Shown here: positions 1 through 12,000 of the stretch, in pieces
Layout of the letters: every line of letters begins with the position of its first letter
Numbering within the stretch: the stretch's first letter is position 1
From: Acanthaster planci
Lineage: Eukaryota
NCBI RefSeq assembly: GCF_001949145.1
Contig: NW_019091356.1
Coordinates: 3,888,934-3,952,933 of the forward strand
Direction: 5' to 3'
DNA: 64,000 bases
Program-made: the position numbers and the translations under genes
Notes under the pieces: model-generated
The model's input: the letters and a program-made list of their open reading frames with translations, nothing else
The model's database searches: none
What the model was told of the DNA's origin: nothing

Positions 1-3000
1 GGGGCTGCGAGAGAGGCTGCGCAGCATGGAGCACGCTCAGACCTCGCTGCAGCAGGAGAGGGAACGTGTGGAGGAACAGAAGGCGGCGTTTGAGCAGCGG
101 CTTGGACAAGAGGACTTAGGTGAGTCAACGGAAGCTGTGTAATCCAGTCATCTGTGTAATCGAGGCAGGATTTTAAACATGCCATTTTCATGAATTGTAA
201 CAGGGCTATAGTTGAGTCAGTCATAAGTCTAGTTTATAAGTCCTTTCACAAGTCCAGTCACAAGTTGCAGGATAAACAATGACTGAGGAATGCTTTTGTC
301 ACAGTTCATTTGAATAGCTTGCGATTTGCGTTCAGATTGGATGACTTGTCAATGACTCAACAACACCAGACAGGGGTTATATGTAGATTGGTTGCTGATC
401 AATGGTGGTGGGACTTAATCTCCATGGATGGTGTTGGGCACATTGCCATTGCTCCTAAAATGGCCAGCTGCCACCCCCATGATCCCTGACACTTACCCTC
501 CTTCCTCACCAAAATAAAGTTTTAAGCTAACGAAGTTAAACAATGAAAACCAAAGAATTCAAGCAATGATATAAGGAAGAGAAGAACTTAAATACTGAAA
601 AGCAATAACTGAAATGGTTTGCTTGATTAATTTTTCTGCCGGATTTTTCCAACGAAAATATTTCGTGAAATTGAGCTGCCTTTCCTGGAAAACTGTTCGG
701 TGTCGAAAGTTTGTCCTTGGTTTTTTTCTGTCTGAAATGATACCTTTCATATCCCTATCTTCATTTCCTGTCTTGTAATTATTTTCTGATTAATTTTTAA
801 GCACCCCAGTTGCCTTTTCAATATTCCCTCTTTCATCTTGTGCTTTGTTTTTTTTTGCATGTCCCCCCCCTCTTCCCCTCCCCTTGGTGTCTTGACCGTT
901 TCCCTTGTGCACGTCTATCACCCCGTTTGTCACCCCACCTGTGACTGCATATGTCTCTGTCTCACCTCTTATCGATGTCAGACCCAAGAGGTGAGTATGA
1001 CTTGTCATCATTGTGGCTAAGGGGGAATTTGTTTCTGTAAATGTGACTCATTCTATTTTTCTCAAAAGTACAAGTTCACGAAGTAACCCATTTAAAATCT
1101 AACCCACTGCGCTAACCAGGCTGAAGTAGATATTTTGAACACACAATCTTCTATATTGTCAATAAAGCTTTGTTTTAGCACTTCAAAAGCACCAATCAAC
1201 ATCACATCTTACCATTTGTGTGCAAAAACGTGGAGGTTGTGCTTAATCATAGTTAACTTTGTGCTAAAATGTTGCTGATAAATACTAAAATCAACTTGAA
1301 AACTTTTCCTGTGGTTTCAAATCAATTTGGGGATAGAGGATCACATTTTAAGTCGACTTTCCTGGGCAAATTCACAAAATGTCAAGTGTCAAAGGTTAAG
1401 AAGTTGTTTTCATCGTCACTTCAGTTATCAAGCAAAACCACATGCCATTGCTGGTTTCCAGGAGGTTTCGGTCTGCACCAAAATTACCCCCCCTACCCGA
1501 CACACTGAATGGACAGTGAGTCTGTTAGTCATGTAGCCTGTGTGCACGTCACACGTCTGCTACCTGTTATAGATCATTATGAGTCACAGAAGTTGTTTGT
1601 CTGCGTTCTGAATGTTGTGCATAGAGGCATTACTGCTGTTGCAGTCTTTTGCTTTTCAGTATTGAATTTGGATCTCATTTTAAGATTATTTATTAAGACA
1701 TTAATCCCTATTTCTTACCGTAAAGTAAACCTGTAGATGAAGTGCTTCTTTTCTGCAGCTTAACCCTAACTGCTCAAGGGTTGCTGGACCTAACCTTACC
1801 CATTCACACAAAATTAAACACCCATATAGGACTTTGTGCACAGAGGCTGTTGGACTTTGTTTTTCTGAGGTATGCCAAACCCAATGCAAAAGCCAGCTGT
1901 CTGGGCCTACCAGACCTATCCCCACAGAATTAAACACTTTACCACTGTTTAACCCTGTGTGGTTGGGGAAGGTTAGGGTTAAACTCCCAACTGATTTCCA
2001 TCGATGCAATCAAGAAACAGACTCACGTTCTCCGTCTTTGTAACAGATGAAATACAACAGCACCTTTCATGAGTGGGCAAAATTTGAGATGAGAATTTTT
2101 AATGGAATTCCAGATAATAACCTATCAACAGGACGGGGTGGTGTCTGGTCTTTAGTCTTGTCCGGGTAAGGTAGGGATTTCTGGACATGAATCAGGGTAA
2201 CAGATAATGTGTTGTGTCAGAGTTTGACACGTTACACCATGCATTGAGAAACTGTCACACACCCAGGCCTACAACATCCCCTTCAGCGGCTGATTTCCTT
2301 TTTTGTTACCAATTTCACTGAAATCTAGAAAGTGAAAAATGCCCTGTTGTGTTTACAGACTGTTTAGTTTTACGCCGTAGTGACCTTTGACCTCTGAATG
2401 GGGCTTCAGTCAATGCACACATGTGGAATAGATACTGATGGAACAAAAGTGAAAGGGTTGGGAAAGGTTTTGCCATCCAGCGATTTCCTGGTTCATCAGC
2501 AGAGTATTAACATTATCAGCACATGCGGTGTGTTACATTGCATCCGATGGCCAGATGTGCAGCACGCCGCTTAGCTTTGCAAAGGCTTCTTGTTCCTGCC
2601 CAGAAAATATTAATTTTAGCACTTGATTGTATCTGCCTTGGCAGATGATATGAACACAGCTTGCTCTTGCAACCTTGCTCTTATTTTTCTGATTGGAATT
2701 GGGCACCTTATCTTTCTACACTTGAGGGATTCCCGACTTAGATGTTATTTTGCCAGACCAACTCCCATGGGATCAAGCTGATGAGTGTTTCTGCAAAGGC
2801 TTTTGGAAAGCAATAAGGCAAAGATAAAGAAGTGCTTAAACTGGCCTGAAGGAATCTGTTTTTACCAAGGCTAAATCGACCTAGTTGAGACAATCCACCT
2901 TCTTGACAACATTCTCCTCATGCTTGTCATCCTGCTGCCAGGCATCCTCCAGGAGAACCTCCGCCTGCGGGAGGAAGCGGAGACCGCCCTCCTAGAGCGC

Positions 3001-6000
3001 CAGGACGCTGAGCGGCAGGCGGCCAAGGACAAGGCGGACCTCCAGGACCAACTGCACCACCTGGAGGCGGCGCTGGAAGAGCAGATCGCCCGGGGAGACA
3101 CCCTGGCCGAGAAGAGGAAGAAGGAGACGGAGGAGCTGAGGCGAGAACTGGAGGCTCTGGAGAAACAGCTCAAGAAGAACAAGCAATTCCTAGAGGTAAA
3201 GCTTCTTGTATTCAGGATTTTTAAGAGAGAACTCAAATATTTCAGAAGGAAAGCTGCTGTGTATACTGAGCATTTGATGGTAGCTAAGTAGTGTCTGCAG
3301 TATACTTGTAAAATACTTTTAGAATATCCCAATAATAACTTCAGTATATCTGTAGAATATCTGTGCAATAACTTTGAAATATCTAACCTTTTTCTTCAGA
3401 ATGCATTTTAAAATATTTGAAGGTGACCCTTAGGATGCTTGCAAAATATCTGTAAACGCTGAAACTAACAGAAATTTCTGCAAAATATTTCAGTAAATGT
3501 TTTTGAACTTTTTTCTGCAGCAACAAACTATAGAACGAGAACAGGAGCGAGAAGAATTTCAGCGTGAGATAGTCCGACTGGAAGCAGACCAGAGATCAAG
3601 AGACAGGTTGCCATCAAACATTGATGAGATCTTCAGAAAAGAGGTAGATCAAAGTAGTTAAAAATACTGCTTGAGAAGTTGACATCATTAAGAATTGTAT
3701 GCTGTATGAAGCCTTTGTTATTTAAATTGAATAGAATGCAGAGACGTAGAATCTCAAATTTAACTACAGCAATAGAAAACTGAAACAAATAACTGAAGTC
3801 AGTGCCAAAAGGTTAACTTCTCCTGCTTCAGAACAGTTAGGATCATGACTTACTGTTAAAATCTTTTCACACAGGCCCAAGAGCTTCGCGAGGAGCTGCG
3901 AGAGAAATCAGACCTGGTCAGCCAGGCCCAAGTGAAGGCACAACAGCTGGAGCGCGACCTGCAATTCTCGGAGGAGACGACCCGGGAGCTGAGCAGCCAG
4001 CTGAAGGAGGTAGAGCGTCACCTGGATGAGGCTGTCCAATCACGGCAGCAACTGGAGACTAAGACGGACGAGCTGGAGCGCGACCTGGGTGAACAGCGCC
4101 ACCTAGAGGCAGAGATCATGCACGAGAAGGAGGCACTGCAGAAACAGCTCTACGACCAGCTGATACAGGTATGCGTGATTTTAAATTTCTGAGATTGATT
4201 TGTGAAGAATTGATGTAAAGTTTGGGAATTTGAAAGTGAAACTTGATTTCACGTTATCAGCAGTTGAGGTTCCGTGTTGACTCCCATCCCATGCTATCAG
4301 TTTGTTGTTGGAAGTTTAGACCAATCAATAACAGCATTAAGTAGGTCCGTGGCGCTGAGGGTCGGGCAGCTGGGGCACCCACCCTCAGCGCTGTGCGGCA
4401 CTCTGGAGTGCGCCGTGGCGAGCCGATTGAAATCTTTTTGACATCGTGCCTAAGTTGATTTTGTACTGTCATGGTTTTCTTTTTCAATTTTAAATTGGTT
4501 TTTTTGTTTATTTGTAATAGATGGGCCATTGTTCTTTACATCATTTTCATTCTAAAAGTGGGTACGCTTTCATCCTTACCTGAGATTTTCACTCTTGTAA
4601 AGTTTCAGGAAAAGAATTTTGAAAGACTCCCAATTTTCACAGATTGACTTGGCTTTCATTCCCCTCCACAGATTTCAGCGTTGCAGTCCAAGCTGGACGC
4701 CCTGAAGCATGGGGCAGATGGTGCGGATGGCACGGCCAGCTCAGACTCGGGTGAAGTGGTCGGCACCGAAGGCTCGCTGCTGAAGCAACTGGAAGAAGAC
4801 AAGGAGGCGCTGGAGAGGAAAGACAAAGAGGTAATGGCTCAGTTCATGAATGCTAGAGGGCACTCTGCCCATTTTGTGTCAGTTTTCAATTGAATGTGCA
4901 CAATGATGTGACCTAGTTGTGGCCTGTCGAGTGGGAAAATTTGTGTTGAATTGCTTGACTTGTACTAGCATGTCTATTGACGAAGCAACAAACAGTCTAC
5001 ATTTGGTTGTGCCTACAAGTGCTTGAATATTCCAGTCTCTCTTGTTTTGAAAGTATGGCATTCCTTTGTCTTAGATCGAGAATCTGGTGGAGCAGTTGGA
5101 GCAGTTCAGAGAGGATATCCTCAACAAGGATGAGGAGATAGCGCAGCTGAACATGCAGATTGAGGTAGGCACCAGGGAGCAGGACTCGGGACGGGAGGAC
5201 CTGGAAGGAAAGCTGGCTAAGGCGTTGGAGGAAGTACGACAGCTGGAGGTGAGGAGGAAGGCANNNNNNNNNNNNNNNNNNNNNNNNNNNNNNNNNNNNN
5301 NNNNNNNNNNNNNNNNNNNNNNNNNNNNNNNNNNNNNNNNNNNNNNNNNNNNNNNNNNNNNNNNNNNNNNNNNNNNNNNNNNNNNNNNNNNNNNNNNNNN
5401 NNNNNNNNNNNNNNNNNNNNNNNNNNNNNNNNNNNNNNNNNNNNNNNNNNNNNNNNNNNNNNNNNNNNNNNNNNNNNNNNNNNNNNNNNNNNNNNNNNNN
5501 NNNNNNNNNNNNNNNNNNNNNNNNNNNNNNNNNNNNNNNNNNNNNNNNNNNNNNNNNNNNNNNNNNNNNNNNNNNNNNNNNNNNNNNNNNNNNNNNNNNN
5601 NNNNNNNNNNNNNNNNNNNNNNNNNNNNNNNNNNNNNNNNNNNNNNNNNNNNNNNNNNNNNNNNNNNNNNNNNNNNNNNNNNNNNNNNNNNNNNNNNNNN
5701 NNNNNNNNNNNNNNNNNNNNNNNNNNNNNNNNNNNNNNNNNNNNNNNNNNNNNNNNNNNNNNNNNNNNNNNNNNNNNNNNNNNNNNNNNNNNNNNNNNNN
5801 NNNNNNNNNNNNNNNNNNNNNNNNNNNNNNNNNNNNNNNNNNNNNNNNNNNNNNNNNNNNNNNNNNNNNNNNNNNNNNNNNNNNNNNNNNNNNNNNNNNN
5901 NNNNNNNNNNNNNNNNNNNNNNNNNNNNNNNNNNNNNNNNNNNNNNNNNNNNNNNNNNNNNNNNNNNNNNNNNNNNNNNNNNNNNNNNNNNNNNNNNNNN

Positions 6001-9000
6001 NNNNNNNNATGGAGAAGGGTTTTTGGAGCGGCCACTGAGAAGGATAGGCAGAGCTCTGGATGGGTTAGAGAGGGTAAGGATGGGGTGTTGTGAGGTTCGT
6101 AAGTAGGGGAAAGAGATGGAGAGGGGTGTTTCCTGGAAAAATTTGAAACGGGAGAACCTCAGTGTTGCCATGTATTGAATGAGGTTTGTGGGTTTTAGGT
6201 CAGGTGGAGAGCAGGTTTTGTTGAAGGGGTTTGCATCGTGTTTGCCATCTTCCAGGATCAAGTGACGCTGTCCAGTCAAGACATGGCGGCCTCCATGCCC
6301 CGCTTTGCCCAGGAACTCCTTGAAGAGAAGAACCAGGAGATTGACCACCTCAACGAGCAGCTGGCCCAGGTTATGCAAGACCTGGACGAGGCCCAGACAA
6401 AGACTGAGCGCCCTCCAGAGCCAGCCTTGGGCCAGTCACAGCGCCCTCCAGAGGCAACTGATGTGAAGGAGTTGGAGAAAGAAGTAGTAAGTCACGACAA
6501 TAATTAAAGATGAGATAAATTTGCTCAATAAATGGAAATCTTGTGATGTGTTGGCAGTACTTATTCCAAATGTTCTTTCCAACGTTGTCTTTGATGGTCT
6601 CTCCACAGGAGAAGTTGCAGGGAGAGTTGGACAACAAGCTAAAAACCAAAGAAAGAGAGATAGCCACCTTGAGGCAGTCGCTGGACCAGGAGAGGTCGAG
6701 GGATGTACTGTCACATCCCAAGGTGGAAGAAAAACTCAAGACCTTGCAGAAACACAGCATTGCATTAGAGGTAAAGTTGATTCTGTGCTAATCCTACAAA
6801 TAATTTTTCGGCGTACCTCCGTCCCATGAATTTTGCCAAGGCTACCATGACTTGCAACTGGATTTTTGATGGGCTGGACCTACAAGTCAAGTAAACCAAC
6901 AAAAGTTATCTTTATTTCGTCTCCCCAGACTCGACATGAACAAGAGATGTTGTCTTTGAAGCAGACGTTGGTGGCCCGTCAGAGAGAGGTGGATCACCTG
7001 GAGGGACTCTTGGTCCGGCTCCAAGAGCAATCTCCCAGAGGGAGTGATACCAAGACCTATAAGAGCCAGATCAAGGCCCTTAATCAGGAAGTGCAGGTAT
7101 GGATGTGTGATTGTGTGGGTTAGCAAGTTCCTTGTGTTCTGTTGGTGGTGGTAGTTTGAGCGTTGATGCACCCCCCTGAGCTTGATCCTGTGAAGTTTGT
7201 ATGAAATTGGTTCTAGATTCTCATGTAATCTTGTTAATTGCAGCGTGAGAAGAGTGAATGCTTTATTTGTTTCTAGGAAAAAGAGGCAGAGATCACCCAA
7301 CTCCGCCTCCAAGTGGATAATCTGGAGGAGCAACTTTTCCAGCTACGGCAACAGCAGCAGCGAGAGTTGGACGAGGAACCTCCTCACCAGCAACAACAGC
7401 AGCAGCAGCAGCTGTCCCCCCACGGACCAGCTGACACTAGCTGGCAGCGCCTGCAGCATGACCACGAGCTGCGCATCGTCGAGCTGCAGCGCAAGCATGC
7501 CGAGGCACTGGAGGCACTCAAGCAGCGTCACGAGGCGGAGATGAACCAGCTACGGGAGGCTCAAGCCTCGGACGTGGAGAGACTGAAGGAACTGGAGATG
7601 GATTATGACCGGAAGATGGCCAGTCTACAGGGACTGTCACCGGGCAAGACCCTGGAGCAGGTCAGGGGTCAATTTGCTAATAAAACTTACTTTGGAGGAA
7701 AAATTGCTTTGTTGGAAAGTCTTGATTCCACAAAACATCTTGCTTCGTATGAAAATCTTGCTTAACAGGATAAACTTGCTTAGTGGGAACAACTTTATTG
7801 AATAGTAGGATAAAATTGATTAGAAGGAAAATTTTGATTTATACTAGGAGGAAAATCTAACTTTGTAGGAAAATGTAGCTAATCAGCTGGACTTTGCATA
7901 GCCAAAAATTCACTATCCAGAATACTCTGTAGTGTGTTTTGTTCAATTCTCAACTCAGTTTCGTGATCCTTTTCAGCCGAACAGAAAATTGATTGAGATG
8001 GGATTTTAACCTGGAACTTCCAATGCAGTATATCTGAGGGCTGCAAGGGTGAATCCCATTCAGTCTTTTCCCTCTTCAAATAGGAACTGTTTCTTTTCAT
8101 GTTGATTTTGTGGAGTGTTGCCCATTCAAGTTTGCAATTTTTGAAAAAAACAGTGTTGTTCATCCGACAGAAACTGCGCGAGATCCGTTCGGAGCTGACA
8201 CGCCAACACCAGGAGCACGTGGCCGACATCCAGCGCACCATGGAACGCGAGACACAGGTCCTGATGGACCAGCTGCGGGCAGAGTACGCCCAGCACTCCC
8301 GGGCCCGGGAGGAGCGGCACCGACATGAGATGGAGGAGGCGGTGCTGCGCGTCAACCGTGACCAGATGGCAGCGCACGCCGAGGAGGTTGCCAAGATACA
8401 GGAGGAGCACGGGAGGCAGCTGGAGAGGATACTGGCGGCCACGCCCGTCAACGCCAGCCCCATGAGCAGTGTCATCGCAGGTACTTGGGGATTTCATCTG
8501 AACTTTCAAGATGATCTTCCAATTCCCAGGGCACTGCAAACAAGATTGTTTGCAGTGCAGTGATTAGTTTTTGAACAGACAGCCTCTGTCACTTTATTTG
8601 GACTTTATAATGTGTTGTCATAGCATGTCCCAATTGCTTTCTGACAAGTAGATCTAAACGGATTTGTTACGCCCCAACTGCAGTGTAATTGGGACCATCC
8701 GAACTGTAGTTGAGCCTATCCCAACTAGAGTGATATAGCTGGGCCGGCCCAACTACAGCAGAGAGGTCCAGTGTGCAAGTGCCCAGCATATGCAAAGGTC
8801 ATATTGTTTACAATGACATGCCATAGAAGAAGTGCCATATTTTAGATGAATTGTGTCAAGTGTGAGATGTATAAATTTGGATAAGGTTGAGAAAATTTCT
8901 ACAGAAATTGGTCAACAATAGTTGGCACAGTCCCAACTGTAGTGCTGCAGTTGGGCTGGCCAACTAAAGTTGGGACAGATGCTATAGTTGGGCCGTAACA

Positions 9001-12000
9001 GATTAAAAATGGCTCCAGACAAACTGGATAAGGGTTTTAACCTGCTACTACCGCACCATTGTGTGAGGATTAGTGCATACCACACATACNNNNNNNNNNN
9101 NNNNNNNNNNNNNNNNNNNNNNNNNNNNNNNNNNNNNNNNNNNNNNNNNNNNNNNNNNNNNNNNNNNNNNNNNNNNNNNNNNNNNNNNNNNNNNNNNNNN
9201 NNNNNNNNNNNNNNNNNNNNNNNNNNNNNNNNNNNNNGAGGTGAAGGGGTTAAATTGTCATGATGGTGTTCTTGATAAACTTGTACTTTAAGGATGAAGT
9301 ATTTTTTACATCAGACACAGCCAACAGACTGACCCAAGAGCTGCAAGCCACAGAGAGGCTGGATTCGAGACTAGTAGGCCAGCTCAAGACCAGGCAGGCC
9401 GGGGTGGGCAAGGAACGAGGGCCAACAGAGGGCGCTGCTCACAACGGAGAGGGACTCGTTAATGGCGGGGACATCCCACAGAGGTTACAGGCAAGGACAG
9501 GAGTTTTTGTATCGTAGAGTTTTGTGGAGTTGAAGATGTTCGCAGTTGTATCCAACATTTGCATCCTTGATGTTGAGCAGTGTTGAGAAACATGGCTTTC
9601 TTTGTGGCTACAACTTTAGGCTGCAACATCCTAATGGAAAAGCCAACATTGCAAAGTAACTGATTCAGACACGGCTTGACATCAATGGATTGTGAGAGAT
9701 TTGATATAAATCAGTCAGGACCTGTTGCAGTTGATGAAAGCTGTTTGTTTTGGGTTTCGTCCAGGCTGTCCTGAACAGACTTCACAACGAGGGACTACAG
9801 GTTCTCAGTCTCTCTGATCTGAGGTACCTACGCCAGCAGACGTCCCCGCGCCCCATGGTCCAGGATGGGACGGACATCCTCACTCTGCAGGATGCCTGGG
9901 AGAATGAGAAGCAGGCCTTGCTGGATGCCATACAGGCCCTGAAGGACCTCATCAGCCAGGCTACCAAGGCTCATTGGGTAAGACTCAGGCCAGATACCTC
10001 TTGACCAGGCCTTCTGAGATGAGCTAAGCACAAATAGAGAGATTGACATCTGCCAAAATTGCTGTAAAGACTTACCTCATAGAGCACTAGTAGGGTAACC
10101 CGGAGGTGATGGGTTCGAACCCAGCTTTTCTGGAATTGCCAATGAACGGCTTGGTTCCAGTGGTTTGTAAGAGATTTTACATTTGATTACACCTGTGTTT
10201 AGAACCAAGTGCAGTCTTGAGATCTCAACTTGAAATTTAAAGTCTCGACAAACACTCTTCTAAGCTTTTGCTGATGTTCAATTATTATTGGCGAACAGAC
10301 GCAGACGTCTTCAGAGTCTGACTGGCGAGGCCGTGTTCTCCGAGCCATCCAGTCAGTCTTTGATCAGGAGAGGGACGCCCTGTTGGCAGAGCTGAGGACT
10401 CATGTCACCTCCAGCGGGGACCGTGACTTGTCTGAGGTTCAGCGGCTTGAGAGGAAAATTCGAGAACAGGTGAGCAGGTGGAAAAACAAGATTCTGTCCT
10501 ATTTACGGAGCACCAAGAATTGCCGAAAAGGAGTCACAATCTCCTCCTCTCTCTTCTGGCAGGAGGCGCACCACAAGTCGGCCCTGGAGCAGATCTACAG
10601 TGCCGACCGCTCCTCCCTTCTGGCTGAGATCGAGGACGTGAGGGCGCACTCCAAGATGCTGGCCGGGGAGCTGCAGGAACAACGAGCTAAGCTGACCTCG
10701 CAGCTGAACAGTGTGGAGGAGCATGGCACCAGTCGCGAGAGACAGCTCAAGAGGCAACGTAAGATTGGACAGTCTCTCTGCTGCTGTTAACAAATTGTGG
10801 TCCTTGAGGAGAAACCTGCAACATTGAGATCTCATCTGAAGAAAACATTAGCTAATATCATGCAATTGCTAAGTTTCATGTATGGTAACCAGCCAAAGTG
10901 CCACTTGATGTGCATTGCTTTTAACTGGTTTTCCAATCTTTAGTTCATAAAGAAACACATTGCTTCAACTAAGTAATATTCTCTGCTTAACAGCTTTTTA
11001 AAATTTGCACCACGGGCTGACATTTTCAAATTGAGAATGGTAAATGTGGGGTTTTTTTTGGCGTACTAGTTGAAATGATGGAGCATAAGTACCGGCAGGA
11101 GAGGATTCTTGTGGAGGACCTGCAGACATCTCTGATTGTGGAGAAGGAGAAGGTGGCTCAGCTAGCTGACGCCTTGAACAAAGAGAAGAATCAGGTCCTG
11201 GAACTGCAGAACGAGCTGTCGGAGCTGCAGATCAAGCTGGATCGGCTGACCGGTAGCAAGGAGAGGATAGAAGCCAAGCTGGCCGAAGTCACGTAAGAAC
11301 CCTGTCGTTTCAGTGTTCTGTGTCTGTCTGAAAGATGTCTTCCTTGAGAAATGTTTGCCTGCATCCAGGATCTGGACCAAGATCTGTTTTTTTGAGGAGG
11401 AACTTGTTTTTTTTTTTTTGTTTTTTCTTCTTCTTTAAATTGATTTGGGTCTAGAAAGGTTCCAATGCTGCCCCTGATCTTTGCATCATCCCGCCCCCCC
11501 CCTTATTACCTCATCATTGGCATGTCTGAATCCGCATGGGTTGTTGCTGTCTGTAATCTTCATGCTGGACATCCACAAAGCCTTTCAAGTACGGCGTACC
11601 TGATGACGTGGACTGTGGTACGAGTGCAGTCATTTCTCATGTAGATTTATTTTGCCTCAGTAGTTTTCCAAGGTGTGTTCTTGGAACAAATCATCCCATG
11701 TCGTTGTGCACTGTGAACTGTTTTGCTGCCAAGCTTGTATACGAAAAAGTTTGCGGGGCCCAAGTTCGGTGTTAATCCCAAAGAACATTTTTAGAATCTG
11801 CAACAGGGGTGAAGGTTACCCTCTAGGAGATTGTGGTGAGCTGTACACCCAATAGTGATGTTTGTAACATCTCAATCTTCTAATTGGAGCTTTTTGAAAC
11901 CACAGATTTGTTCACCTGTTCCAATTTGAGTCTCCAAACATCAAGCGTCATTTTCCCCCAAACTAATTCATTCCTCTATGACTGACACATTTCTCAAGCA

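Noticed and set aside
1755..1985. Telomere-like taaccctaac/ggttagggtt motifs
   Set aside because: These are only isolated, imperfect units, probably a decayed repeat element, and not an interstitial telomere array.
5071..6378. Long ORFs in the ORF track that span N-runs (also near 8988-9291, 22243-23110, 37099-37818)
   Set aside because: They are artefacts of translating through assembly gaps.
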